NCBI GenBank assembly: GCA_951406725.2
Contig: OX597814.1
Coordinates: 98,084,001 to 98,148,000, forward strand
DNA length: 64,000 nt
Origin: Octopus vulgaris
Lineage: Eukaryota
Direction: 5' to 3'
The translations under genes were made by a program, and so were the position numbers. Every line of letters starts with the position of its first letter. Position 1 is the stretch's first letter. The notes beneath the pieces are model-generated. The model was given only the letters and a program-made list of their open reading frames with translations, did no database searches and was not told the DNA's origin. This document shows positions 1 to 13,600 of this stretch, one piece after another.

Positions 1-506
1 TCCACACCATCCTTGCAGTTGAAAAGCACTGCCGCCAGCAACCTCTCCATATTAAATTCGGGCGAAATTCTATTAATTCTCATCCTCACTGCCCTCCTTC
101 CGCAGTAACTTGGTAGTAAAGTCCACTTATCCGATTTCAAAATTCTTGTTGCATTCTTTTTTGCTTCATTTTCTGTTTCAAAATATACCACCACCGTGGC
201 ATATTTCCTTCCTCTTTTGAAAAATGTGGGTTCACCCTCAATTTCCTTCAGACACTTTTCTACTTCTTCCATTTCTGCTACTTCAATTTTTTTCGACTCC
301 ACACACCATGTCCTGTACGTTATCGTACGCTTCTCCGCGTTGCTTTCTTCCTCCTCGGACGGTGTGACTCTCACGCAGTCACCCTCCCTCTTCAAACTGT
401 CGAAATACTTTTGTAAAGTCTTCTGTTCGACCGCCACTTCCTCCATTTCCAGTTCACTGGCAACTAGGCCTCTGCCTGCCGCTCGCGCGTAAGTCTGCTC
501 TTGCAT
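1..506 (-). CDS. ORF1 (N-terminal part) of a non-LTR retrotransposon, probably L1/Tx1-like; runs off the left window edge
   Basis: Manual translation from ATG at 506 is open for 168 codons to the edge (MQEQTYARAAGRGLVASELEMEEVAVEQKTLQKYFDSLKREG...RGRKYATVVVYFETENEAKKNATRILKSDKWTLLPSYCGRRAVRMRINRISPEF). It has an N-terminal TYARAA motif and an RRM-like pattern typical of LINE ORF1. It is absent from the ORF track because it has no stop in the window. Confidence 0.6.
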   Translation of the reverse strand, partial: MQEQTYARAAGRGLVASELEMEEVAVEQKTLQKYFDSLKREGDCVRVTPSEEEESNAEKRTITYRTWCVESKKIEVAEMEEVEKCLKEIEGEPTFFKRGRKYATVVVYFETENEAKKNATRILKSDKWTLLPSYCGRRAVRMRINRISPEFNMERLLAAVLFNCKDGV

Positions 507-810
507 TTTCAAGAATCTCAAGAAAAAAAAACTATTCCACGTCCTCCAACGAACTCGAACTCACAACCTCTTCACAATGACGCACTCGAAATAAACACAC
601 CAGAATAACTCCAAATAACTTACTCAAAGGCTGGAAACGAAAGACGAATATTTTTCTGAGAAACCTTGTTTTATAAGCTTCACCCGGCTCCCAGTGAACT
701 TCAGAAATGGAAAGCTGGGCTGCTTGGACTATGGCGCGAAAATAAGTCGAGACATTTTGCGCCAAGTTATAACCAGCGGTGCGAGCGTAGTAGAGACCAA
801 CGTGTCAGCC
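507..810 (-). mobile_element. Probable 5' UTR/internal promoter of the left-edge LINE
   Basis: CpG-containing segment directly upstream of the ORF1 ATG; boundary approximate. Confidence 0.4.
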
Positions 811-1989
811 AATCGAATTAGTGTTTACATCAATGTTGAACTAGCCAAAGCTGTTTGTAATCTCGACCGAGGTCATTCTATATACTCTTCTCAAACAGTG
901 AAGATAGCACTGAGAGACGATATTGCTACACAACCATCTGTTTGTGACAGTGGAAAGGAGAAAGCCTGTATCACATATGCAGAACTATGATCCATTTAAA
1001 AGTTCTCTTCCTTCAAAGAGTTATAAAGGAAACAAGACATTCACTTTTACCAATGTCACAAATACAGCGCCAACAATCCCATACAGTGGAGAAACTCTCT
1101 AGCAGTAACAGTCACAGAAACTCCAACAACAGCAACGAGGCTCCAAATACAACATCAACATCAGTGGCAGGAACATCAACAACACGAAGACACCCATCTC
1201 TTCTACAAAAACTACGACACTGCTAACAGGAACAATTTTAATAACTCCCGCCTAATACCACAGGACATGCCCCTCTTCACTTCGGATCATTTTGGCATGT
1301 CGTGTCATATAGATGACCAGAAAGAAGAATGGAAGACTGTCCCGATAAGAAGAGAAAGAATATAAGAAATAAACTTGTCCATACACAAACATACAAACTG
1401 ACTGGAGAAAACTAAAAGCAACATGTCCTGCAGCAATATCAACATCAATTTCACTTCGAGGACCATCATCATCACCAGAGAACTACCATCACCACAAACG
1501 ACACAAAAAACAAACAAACAAAAAACCACAAATGTAACGCAATTCACACTCATAATATCAAGAACAACACTCGCACATTGAATAAAACTTCGACCACAGA
1601 CACAAGTAATAAAAAAAAAGTTTAATAGAATGTACGCACCAATAAACAAACGTTACGAGCAATGGTTAAAAGTTATAACATGCCAACTTACTTTCAAATT
1701 CAAGAAACATAGAACACAGTGAAGACAAACTATCCTGATGAACCAAACCTTTTCTTTTACCATACAACCATTGTATGATTCATAGTCGCTCGATATTTTG
1801 TACACATTTGGTGTGGTGTACTAGAAGACTTGTGAGGAAAGAAAAGGTCTACAAGACATGTCAACCTAACTGCATATTGATGAATGGTTAGCTAGGAGTT
1901 GTATTATTTGGTCTGGTTACATACTGCCCCACCTCTAAAAATCCAATCACAATGTTCAGATTTTATTAATATGTTTATTTACAAATTGA

Positions 1990-2401
1990 GGATCCTTTCG
2001 GTTTGAACGGCAGTTTTTTCTAGCAGTATCATATAAATTGTCACCCATAATTATGACCCTAATATCGATCTTTTGCATTTCAATCTGTTTTAGGGTTAGG
2101 GGTAGGGGAAAGGGTATCTTTTTTTTCTTCACAAATGTAAATAAACCCAATCTGTTTCTTAAACGAGGGACATATTCATACGGCACAGAATTTTTTTTTA
2201 CCCCAATAGACGTAAATGATTGGTTGAAATTGCAGAAATTGAGGAAAAAAAACAACAAATATCTTAGAAACTATAGAATTTTCTCAATAAAGCCAAGAGA
2301 AAAAGATGTTTTATAAACACATTCTACCAGTATACGAAGTTTAAATTTGTTTAGTTACCTAGAAATTATGTTAAAAACTGCTGTTCAAACCGAAAAGATC
2401 C
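1990..2401. mobile_element. MITE with ~29-bp TIRs and 8-bp TSD
   Basis: GGATCCTTTCGGTTTGAACGGCAGTTTTT at 1990 and AAAAACTGCTGTTCAAACCGAAAAGATCC ending at 2401 are inverted (2 mismatches). The direct repeat CAAATTGA flanks them at 1982-1989 and 2402-2409. Confidence 0.9.
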
Positions 2402-4335
2402 CAAATTGATGTTACAATTGTTACTTTATATAAACTGTTATACCAAATACCGGTAGTTACTGTGCGATTTATGAAAATGTGTTCGTGCTTGGCGAGAAGA
2501 GAAAAGGTTATGCTTAGCGAAAGGAGAAAATGCTAGTCTTTAGTGCTTGGTGAAATGTGAGAATGTATGCTTAGCAAGAGGAGATCTTGTAACACACGAT
2601 ATCAGGGAGGCTTGGCTGCCGGCTGACCAAGAAACCCGTTGCGGTCCTCTGTAGTTGTATATACCGCGCATCTCAATTTTTAACCATGATTTGGTGCGAA
2701 ACTGCATGGAATTTTCCGTTTGACTACGTCATCATTCAAATACAACCAGAAAAACGATTAGCGGTAAAATAGGATAAGATCAGCTGATATGCTGTGGCCT
2801 ACGTTCGTTATTGGGCTGGCAAGGTTTCGAATGTTACACACCTAGCGCGTGGATGACTATGGTTGGGAATGCTGTCCAGTTGGTGAAAACGACTCAGTAA
2901 TTTTTATTTATTAATTATTTTTTGTGTGTGAAAGTCAACTGTTATTAAAGTGTTTGCTTGGTTTGGTATCTTTACGAATTGCCAAAGAATGCAAATTGGA
3001 CAAAACAAAGACAGTTTCAGTTACAGATTAGTGTATGTCCATGACGGGCGTATGATACCATTGAACTACCCAGCTGTAAACTCAGATGATTATTTCAAAG
3101 TGGTAAATAGGCGAAACGAAATATTCCCTCAGAAATAATGCTATAGGTAGAAAAAAAAACAACAAAAAACAAAACAAAAAAAAACCCGAAGTGGATATTT
3201 GGAGCTATTATGGTTTCAAGAAGATTCAAAGAAATGTTTCTTTTGAAGAAATATAAGATAGCAAGACAAATCCACAGTTCAGATAAAATTGCAAGTGGAT
3301 CAGTTGACAATTGGCGTTCATATGGATACTCTTTTGTGAACTTCAGTTCACAAAAGCGTTTAATCTTGCTAACTGACACCACACACACACACACATACAC
3401 ACACAAATATTGAGTCCTTTTTTACTCATACAAACAAAAATTGGAGGGGGAATAAATGGTACAGCTGAAGTACTTTTCAATAGTTACTTGAAAGAATTTG
3501 AATGGAAATAGCACAATAACAGGTATGAGCATGATGATGACAGAATATTTGAAAATGATTATGAACATGTTCTGTAATTATTTATTTCGTATATTTGGTT
3601 TACCATGGTATAAAATTATTTTATAAATTATGATTGCCGAGCATTGACATAAAATTTCTTTCCTTAAAAAAAAAAAAAAAAAAATTACAGTTCCTTTCAT
3701 TATTTTGTAAATTCTTGCTGCAAGAGAGCATTATTATTATTTTAATAATTTGCTTACGAAAGTTAGTTTTCGAAATTGAAAAAAGGAGGAAAAAATATCT
3801 TCCTTCAGATATTTGAACACATAAAAGAAAAATTTGAAAAAACTGGATTATTTTACTTCTATGCAGTCGGTCAGCTGTCTGGAAACCAACGCCAAATCTC
3901 TCTTTTATCGTACCATCCCATATTATTAACCACACAAAAAATAACTACAAAATTCGAAACAATCTGATATAATCCCACATTCACATCTTAAACAATAATA
4001 ACAGCTCCAACAACAACAACACACACAAATATTAAATTGCACCAAAAATAATAAAAAAATATCCTCAGTGACATAAACTTGCCGCAGCACAGCATCTCAC
4101 ACAGAAACACACACACACATATAAAAGAAATGAAACAAATTTTCTAAGATTGACGAACAAATAACTAAATTTAAAAAAAAAAGTGCAAGTGGCACGTTAA
4201 ACTCAAAGATCGCTTCACATTATTTTATTTTGTTTTGTTTTGTTTCAGATAACGATGTGAAATTTAAGCGATTTGTATCGGAATTACATAAGTTATTAAC
4301 TGCGGTGTGAAATAGGTTCAGTGCGAGACTGTAAT

Positions 4336-4379
4336 ATGGAGGACCAAGCGTATGCAATTTGCGGTGAGAACAGTGAAAG
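4336..4379 (+). CDS. RNF25: RNF25 coding exon 1 ([15 protein letters not shown])
   Basis: ATG at 4336, donor AG|GTAAAT, phase 2 matching exon 2. Poorly conserved sequence, so supported by phase, length and splice signal only. Confidence 0.7.
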
Positions 4380-4772
4380 GTAAATAAATGGTTTTATTAC
4401 TTTAATGATGTCGAAAAAAATTGTATTATCGAGATCTTTAAACGATAGTTCAGTGTTGTAACTAAAATTTTTACAGAAATATTATTTATCTGTTCTATTA
4501 TTAAAGTAGCTTCGTTTTGCTGGCTGGTTACGTCACCTACAAGTCAGCTACATTTTTTTTTTCAGTCAGTACATTGACAGCAAAAGCTTCGGCTTATAGT
4601 ATAAAGATCTACATACAGTTTAATGTTGTCGGATGTACCTTCCTATCAGCTGTTTATTGACTTGCGATTCTTCTACAATTTCATTTCATTTCAACCTCTC
4701 GTTTCTAAATTGATGCTAGGCGTAATATATCTATCTATCTATCATATATATATATATATGGTAAGCGTAACA

Positions 4773-4808
<36 letters not shown>

Positions 4809-4992
4809 TAAGCGTAACAGTATATATATATATATATGGTAAGCGTAACAGTATATATATATATATATATATATGGTAAGCGTAACAGTATATATATATA
4901 TATATATATGGTAAGCGTAATAGTATATATATATATATATATATATGGTAAGCGTAACAGTATATATATATATATATATGGTAAGCGTAACA

Positions 4993-5036
<44 letters not shown>

Positions 5037-5191
5037 TAAGCGTAACAGTATATATATATATATATATATATATGGTAAGCGTAACAGTATATATATATAT
5101 ATATATATGGTAAGCGTAAAGTATATATATATATATATATATGGTAAGCGTAACAGTATATATATATATATATATATATATATGGTAAGCG

Positions 5192-5226
<35 letters not shown>

Positions 5227-7637
5227 TAAGCGTAACATATATATATATATATATATATATATGGTAAGCGTAACAGTATATATATATATATATATATATG
5301 GTAAGCGTAACAGTATATATATATATATGGTAAGCGTAACAGTATATATATATATATATATGGTAAGCGTAACAGTATATATATATATATATATGGTAAG
5401 CGTAACAGTATATATATATATATATATAGTAAGCGTAACAGTATATATATATGGTAAGCGTAACAGTATATATATATATAAAATGTCATAATCGTTATGA
5501 TATATATAAATGTTGCAAGAAATATACAATATATATAAACATATAGTTTACGTATTGCAAAACACCTGCTGTGAAACTCAATACATGGCTAGAGTGAATA
5601 TAGATAGATAAAAAAAATGATCTGCTATTATATATATATATATATATATGGTGTGTCTACAGATGTAGGTTTCATTTTTGTATGCGGACTTCTATGGAAG
5701 CTAAGTTTTCCCTTTGCCACGTAACTGCAGTTTCAGAAATGCTTATCTTGTAATTAACAGAGGTTATTACCGAGAATGTGGCAGAAAGTAACCCTCGAAG
5801 TCGAATCAGAGCACGTAACGATAAATCTGTAGAAGTATAGGCGGTAGAATGGACCACAAGGGAACCTCTTTGTGAACTCCATCTGTCAGAAATAATAGCC
5901 ACATCACCCTTCAATATATTAATAATAACTGATGCATTGAAACAGTGCGAAATGTTCCCTAAACATACGAGTGTCACATTTGGAACGCTTTTGATAATTC
6001 CGCTCAGTCAGTTTTGACATGAGGCTATAAACAACCAGTGTTCCACGATTCAGCCAAGGAATATCTTCGTGGTCTTTCGACTTGGTAGAAATAACTGCCG
6101 ACTTTCCCTCAAATAACTCTACAGACAGAAGAGAGGGGGGGGGGCGCGTAACGTTGATAACGCCTTTGGTTGTAGGTCCTCTCGATCAGGGCTGACATGG
6201 GAGGAGGTTAAACAACTTATTTTATTTACTTCAGAAGAAAGGGATGGAATGCCAACTTTGACAGGAGTTTTACCGATTCTTCTATCAAATGACTATAAAA
6301 TAATAATTTTTGACATTGACACAGAGCCATGCATTGTAGTGAGATTTAGATAACTCAGTCGACCCCAGCACAGAAACCTACCTATTCTACCATCTCTCAT
6401 ATATACGAAAAATTCTTTCCCGGGTCGCTCAATTTGCTTGAAATAGCAGCTAAAGCCCTAAATCATTCCCGATCGCCATAAAAATGGACACTGTTGATAG
6501 GGATAGAATATTTTTGAGCGTAGGTCTGCTCCACTAGGGCTAACCTGCGGTTAAACAACAACAGTGCTTTAGTTTCCTGATTAGAATTTCACATATGTAT
6601 TAAAGTAAATAAATAAAATCCCTCACTGTCATTTTAGGTATATTTAACGTCTGACTTTAAGAAAAAAGAAAGATTTTTCTTTCGTAAGTCGTTTTAATAC
6701 AGCAAAATTATTACGTATAAAAAATTTTTTATATTTTTTTTCCTTCCAAAGTTCCAACTGGATTTTCTTTTAAATTCTAAAACAATTTCCCAGATGAGTT
6801 TTTGTACATACAAACGAACGAACAAATAAAAAAAAAAAATAAAGGCGGAATAATTCAGCTGTGTTCTTTCTCGACGCTCAAACATTTTTAGCTTCCAGCT
6901 TGAAATGTCGGCTGATGACTACTATTGAGAAATATTGGTCTTGAAGATTTCGATATTTTATTTATGGCTGCTTGTTGACAAGGTTGTTAATAAAACCGGT
7001 CGATCTTGAAAAAATTAAATAATTAATCCTTTACCACTTTGAAATCTTTCTTCATCTTAACGTTCAAAAGTGAGAATGTACACACACTCACTCGGACATA
7101 CAAGTCTCTCATTTCCTCTCTGAAGTAATTTTGTGTTCGTATGTGTATTTATAATCGTCATCGTATATCTGCGTTTCCCATACCAGTATGGATTGTACTG
7201 GTTGTCACGCTGAGTCGATTCTTATTTGGAGTTAACTGCCCCTCCTGTTTGGGTCAGGGACAAGAGCTTGTTTGTACGTTTCAGCACACACACACACACA
7301 CGTACGCACACGATTTATTTCCTGTCTCGAAGTTTCCAATTTTTTACGACGTAAACAACACATTCGCACAAACATTCTAATAATAATAATAATGGTTTCT
7401 GATTTAGGTACTATTGGGGATGGAAGTTAGTATATACCATTAGTCCTAGTTCTTGACAGGTACTATATTTTATCGACCACCACCCCCGCAAAGATAAAGG
7501 TAATGTTAATCTCAGTAGAATTTGAACACAAGATCAGGAATGCTTTATTGTAGTTCATCTGATGCTCTAACGAATATACCAATCTACCATCTTTATTAAT
7601 AATAATTCGTGTGTGTATGTGTGTATATATGTATATG

Positions 7638-7679
<42 letters not shown>

Positions 7680-10600
7680 GATCATTTAAGATTTTATTTT
7701 CCATGCTAGCATGGGTTGGACAGTTTGACAGAAACTGGTGAGGCAGAGGACTGTGCCAAGCTCAACTATATGCTTTCACAGAGTGTCTATTGCTGGATGC
7801 CCTGCTTATCATCAACCATTTTATAGAGACACAGTAGTTTTCTATTTGGCTAGCTATCAAACTGTCCAACCCATGCCGACATGGAAGATGGACATTAAAT
7901 GATGATGATGATGAGTGCTTTTCATGTGATGGATATTTTTATTTTTATCTTGAAGCGATAACCATATTCAGTAGTACTTATGTTTAGCCAGGTAAAACTG
8001 CTCATGCTCCATTATGGCATGTATAGCTAGTTGCCATTACCTCAACCCATGAATATACTGCAAGTTGGTCTACTTTACTGTTAGATATTTATATACTCCT
8101 AACAAATGACATATCTACTGGAATGTCCTCCACTCATACTTTTATAGTTAGCAGTGTACTTCTATAACAGCATAATGGGTGGGAGTGGGGTCATGAGCAA
8201 GTGGCCCAACTTTCAATGTAATGTCTTTGAAAATTCTGCATGGTGGAGACATGGTTCCCCATACAGCAGTGATGGCAGCCTGTGTTATGGAACAATAATC
8301 TTTAGTAAAAACTGGCAAAGTGTTGAGGGGACACTTTAGTACTGGCTGATGACTTTCCTAATATTGGTGGTGCAATAAAATGCATCTAGTTCATACTGTA
8401 AAATGGATGGTGATAGAGAGAGCATTCAACTAATATAAAAATAAAAACTTGATAAAGCTGTCATAGGTATAAAAATAATCAAAACCCCTAATTTTGCATG
8501 CTAGTGCTGTGAACAGTTACAGGAATACTCAAGGGTGTAACATTTGACCATGTTTGAGAACCCCCTCAACTACTCGTGAAATAGTTGCATAGACCTTTCC
8601 TTTTAGATGGTAAAAACACACTGAACAATAATCTACTCACCAACAGAAACTCATGTCTTGTCTTGTGCAAACATGACTACCATCATCAGTGCTGGTAATG
8701 ATGAATAGTGGATAGAACTGGAGAGATTCTAGTGATGTTAGAACAGAGATGAAGGGATGTGTACTGTGTGCAAGAGATTAGATGGTGGTGAGCCTCATCT
8801 AAATTCTCTCTAATATGAATTCCACACAAAACTTGACTAATTGTGCAAACATTGTATTTCTTTCTGATGACTGCAGCATTAGTTTTTCATTTCAATAAAA
8901 TGGTAAATTTAGTGGGTTTTTTTATGTTATGAGATGATAATGATTGAGTTTGCATTTCCTGTGAGGATGTAACACAAAGTTTTAGTAGTATGTATTTTTT
9001 TAACTGACTGTGGCACTTTAAGTTCAGACATAGCTAGCTTCTTTACATGGTGAGATCTCCATCTTTGGTATTGGAAAGGGCATGATGTTTAACATGACAG
9101 ATTAAAAGTTTATTTCAGATTAGATTAGTTGCCATGTGACCACCATAACCCTACATATTTCGTCATTGAGTTTCATTTTTTGAATTTCAGTTTGCAAATT
9201 CCGTGATTCTATCATATTGCATATAAAAAGTTGTACTGTTTTCAAAAAACAGTGGATCCATATGCATCATCCTTAGTAACCAATCATAAAATCGATCCTT
9301 TTTTTGGAATAATTCCATTGTCAGGTTGTATGTATGGGCCATGATGGAATCACTATTCTATGTGATTTCCTCACATGTTCCTGTTTCATTGGATTTCCTG
9401 CTCTGTTTAAGTCAATTGAAAGTAATAAATTTTGAACAATCATATCATTCCTATAAAATTTTCTGTTAATATTTAGATGAAACCTGGAGAAAATAGCAGC
9501 TGAATTACAACCAGTACATGTGTTTCTCTTCAAATTCACCATACCATATGTGCTTGACAACATCATGCCAATTTAATTCTTCTTTTGGAAAGTCTGCATC
9601 GCAAATTCCCAACAGTACTCTTATATGCTCGGGGCAAATTTCCAATAGCTCCCTATAATCCAGATGAAGAGGTGTACATGAATATGTATCACAGTTGCTA
9701 GAAGTTGGCATACATGCAGAGTTTTCACAACACCTTCCTAGAACTTGTCATTTGTGTTTTGGTTCCTTCATGTCATTTCATTTAATAATTGCTAATGAAA
9801 TACTATTTACATTGAGATTTGTTTTCCACTGATCATGTTTGTCATTATAAACATGGTCATATTTGTCTTTATAAAAGTATCATCATTACAGTTTGGTATT
9901 TAAAAAAAAAAAAACCCAAAAAACTTGAGAATGTTAATTCAAGTTCCAGAAAATACTGTGCAAATGATGATTCTGTCACCTTGGAATTCATGATAGGCAA
10001 GGAACACAAGTACAAATTCTTTGAAGTGGGTGGAGTTGACATTTTGTTGATAGAGGAATGGATAAAATAATTGAAGTAGTCAGAATATATGCTAGGATAA
10101 TTAAGCTTGTAGTGAAAGACAATGTAACAGCTGCAGTGATCTCTGTATATGCACCATGGATTTCTCTGAGGCCCTTTTGCAGACCACCTCAGCAGCAAAT
10201 AAATGCAGCCTCATCACAGCTGGTGACTTAAATAGAAATGATGGATAACAACAAGATGGCTGTTCTGGTTTACATGGAAGCTGTGGATAGGATACAAAGA
10301 ATTAAAGCACTTGGAGTTTTGTAATATGAATTGCTTAATCATTTGCAACACTAACTTTAGGAAATTGGCTAGCTAATTGAACACCTATCACTTAGTTGAA
10401 CATATAAGCCTGATAGACTACAGACATACCAGAAAATGGGATTAACAGTTGGTTGTAAATACTAAGTCTTTCCTTAGTAAAGAATGCACCACTCAGCATA
10501 ACGATTAGTGAAGTCAGAGTAAAAGCTCGATGAACTCTCTTACATGAAGTATGTAAAACTTAGAAATTGTTCTTTTGAATACAAATTCTGAGACGGTGTA

Positions 10601-13600
10601 GGTGGTGTGTATGTTAAGGAGGAGGAAATGGAGATTTATGGCATAAAAAGATTGAGAGTTTCTACTGAAAACCACAGATCTGATATATATGAGGCAAAGT
10701 AGTAACCAGATGGAAAGTGACATAGTGGTAGAATGGTACAACGGTTAGAGCCTAAAAGCTAAGAGACTGATTTGGAAAGGCTGGAGGAAAGAAATGGGAG
10801 TCAGGAATAATATCAAGTAGCTAAAAGAGAAGCTTTAGCTTAGCTGAAAGCTGGACGTTTGCCTATTTTCTGTGACAATAGGATCAGAAGCATGAAGTAT
10901 TCTAGATTACAAAGCGGTATATTCAGAATGGCTGAGGCTCATTTACTCTCACTGACATTGAGTAAAACCTTGAAAGTGCTATTACAAGAGATTGTTTAAT
11001 GTTGAGGACACTGTGAGAGAGTGGGACTACTCCAAAAGACCATCTTTGATATCTGGTCTCCAACAGATGGACCAGCTACTGAAGTTGACAACTGTGCAGT
11101 GGAAGATGGAGAAAGCCACTGGTCCATAGTCAGTGAAATACGGAAAACATAGGTGGACGTTTTTAAAAGCATTTGAAAAGTTTCAAGATGTTCACCTGGA
11201 CTTTCATTTCTTAATTTATTAAGAAAAAAGAATTTGAGAGTCTGTACCCCATGTATTAGATTGGATTTTTATTTTGCTATTTCTGTAGTAAGTTGCCATC
11301 TAGTAATCAAGTACCAGCAATCATCTGAAAATACTTGTGTGTCTGGAACATAACTGACTTTTAGTAAGAAATATTGCCTTGAAGTTTCAATCACTATTTT
11401 TGTCTTAACACTTCAACATGTGAGTGGCTAATGTTATTGGACTGTAGCTATGCTGGGACACTTCCTTGAAGGGTTTAGTTGATCAATTTGACCTCAATAC
11501 TTATTTCAAGTGTAATACTTATTCCACAGTTTGCTTTTTACTTAACCACCAAGTTATGGGGGCTGTGAACAGGCTAACAAGCATAAATATGAAAACCTGT
11601 TTGAAGTTAACTTTAGTCAGTCTACTACGATTCAAGTGAAGGCATTTTATATCTGTATATGAATATAAAGTCTGCATTAGATCTGGGGGAATGAACAAGT
11701 GTCTCTTCTTCAAGAGTTCTTAGTAGAAAGGAAATCTGTTTGTAAAACTTGAGTTGCAATAAAATCTTTAATCAAGACTTGTCAATTGCTTAAAAAAACC
11801 TCATCCTTTGTGAGAACCAAAATATGAAAAAAAAAAACTACAGTAATAAACAAAACCCTTTTAAAATGATCTGTTCCATTTTGTGTTTGTTGCAAAAAAA
11901 AAAAAAAAAAATCAAAGGTCAATTTATTTTTCTCTGCTTAATCAATTTATTCATTTATTTACAGTGGATTTTCGGAAGAACTTGATATTTTAGAGTCCAT
12001 CTACATAAATGAGTTGACTGTTAAAAGAGATGATTGGTAAGGCTTACTTGATCTTTTGTTTACATTTGTTTTATTTTTGTAAGCAATTCTTATCATTTTA
12101 CATTTCTGCTTATGCTTGCTCACATGGATTGGACACATCACAACCTGAGTTAGTTCTTATTTGAAGCTTCTCCAAGATGCATCAGGGATTGAATTTCATT
12201 TGCACATCCCAGAATGTGATATGATTTCTGTATCTAAATATCCTTTCTAACATTTTAGTCAGCTTACAGAATGTACTGAAGCATTTATCATGATACTAGC
12301 AGTATCGCCTGGCATTGCTCGGGTTTGTTTCGACCCTTTAGAATTGGAATTTTTGAAAAGTAAAAGTTTTGCATTATGTAGCTTGTTATTCTCTTTAAGT
12401 GAACATTTTTCTGGTTGAAATACACCGAAAAATGGTTACACAGTAGTCAAAAAATCGTAAAAAATAGGGATTTTCATAGAAAAAAAGCACCTTTTTGATG
12501 TAAATAACTTTTGATCTTAACATAGTCTGATTTGAATTTTTTCTTCTATGGAAGGAAGAGCAAGCCTTCTTCTATCATACTCTCAATTTTGGTCAACTTG
12601 CGCTGCAGGGTCTCGGAGGAGATAGTGTTAGTTGAAGGCTACCAAACCTGCCATACAACTTCAGCTTTATATATATATAGATTAGCACTACAGAAATTCC
12701 CCTGTTTGCAAGATTAAGAGTTGTCTACTCTGCGTTGTCTTCATTTGTTCAAGCCAAAATGATTGTCAAGGTGAATAAATGAGTGAAATAGAGGTGAGAT
12801 GGTGAGAAGAGAGAGTATAGTGAGTAAAGTAGTGAAAGGCATGGTGTAAGAGAAACAGTGATAGATGTAAGAGGGTGATAGAAGAAACAGTAATAACTAC
12901 ATGTTATTGGTAATAAGATTGAATAGAAGAAACAACATAAGTGGTGTGGTAGAAAAAGAGGGATGGGAAGGTAACAAAGTGATGGTAGAGGGAGAATGAT
13001 GGATGTCAACATTAAGTGATAGCAAAAAGAATACTGTGTAAGAGAGAGTAGTAAAGTTGGCTGAGGTAAAGGGGAAAGATTTGCTTAGTTTAGATTTGGT
13101 TACACAAATTGTTGGAGCCCTACTAAATTCGCACAGCCACTATAACTATAATGCAGCAGTTGAGATCATACTCATAGTTGCACTCATCAATCCTGCTGAG
13201 GAAGTCTTCTACGAGAGCAAGCTGAAAAGTTCACAGGCTGACTTTGAAGGAGTGATGCTAGAGCTGTGAAATCTTGCATGCAGTAATTTCAGCCCTTCTT
13301 ATTAATAATTGTATTGTTTCTTTCCAGATGAACTGACATCTTACTGTTCAAAGAAGACTTGAAAAGTAACTAGTTGTGACTTCTCTTGAATATGGACAAA
13401 ATTTGGCATTGTGATATTATCAAATACCTGCAGAAAAAGGGTTTAGCACCCAACAACATTCATGCTGACATGATTGCTACATTAGGGGATGATGCTCCTA
13501 CTTTATCAAAAGTGCGATATTGTGTAGCTGAATTTAGGAGAAGGTTTAGTTTTGAAAATGACCCAGGGTCTGGATGTCCTGCAACTGCCACCACTGAGGA

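Noticed and set aside
830-1870. piggyBac-like or other transposase relic
   Set aside because: Only vague coding-like fragments; no catalytic motif, TIR or TTAA pair could be established.
2089-2101. Interstitial telomere
   Set aside because: Only two TTAGGG units, internal to a MITE.
4744-5480. CRISPR-like repeat-spacer array
   Set aside because: Spacers are pure (TA)n, the repeat is only 14 bp, there are no cas genes, and the context is a eukaryotic intron.
4623-5529. Long ORFs (252 and 264 aa) of YIYI type, and similar ORFs at 38435-39488, 48797-49248 and 58645-59859
   Set aside because: Translations of (TA)n/(CA)n microsatellites that lack stop codons by composition.
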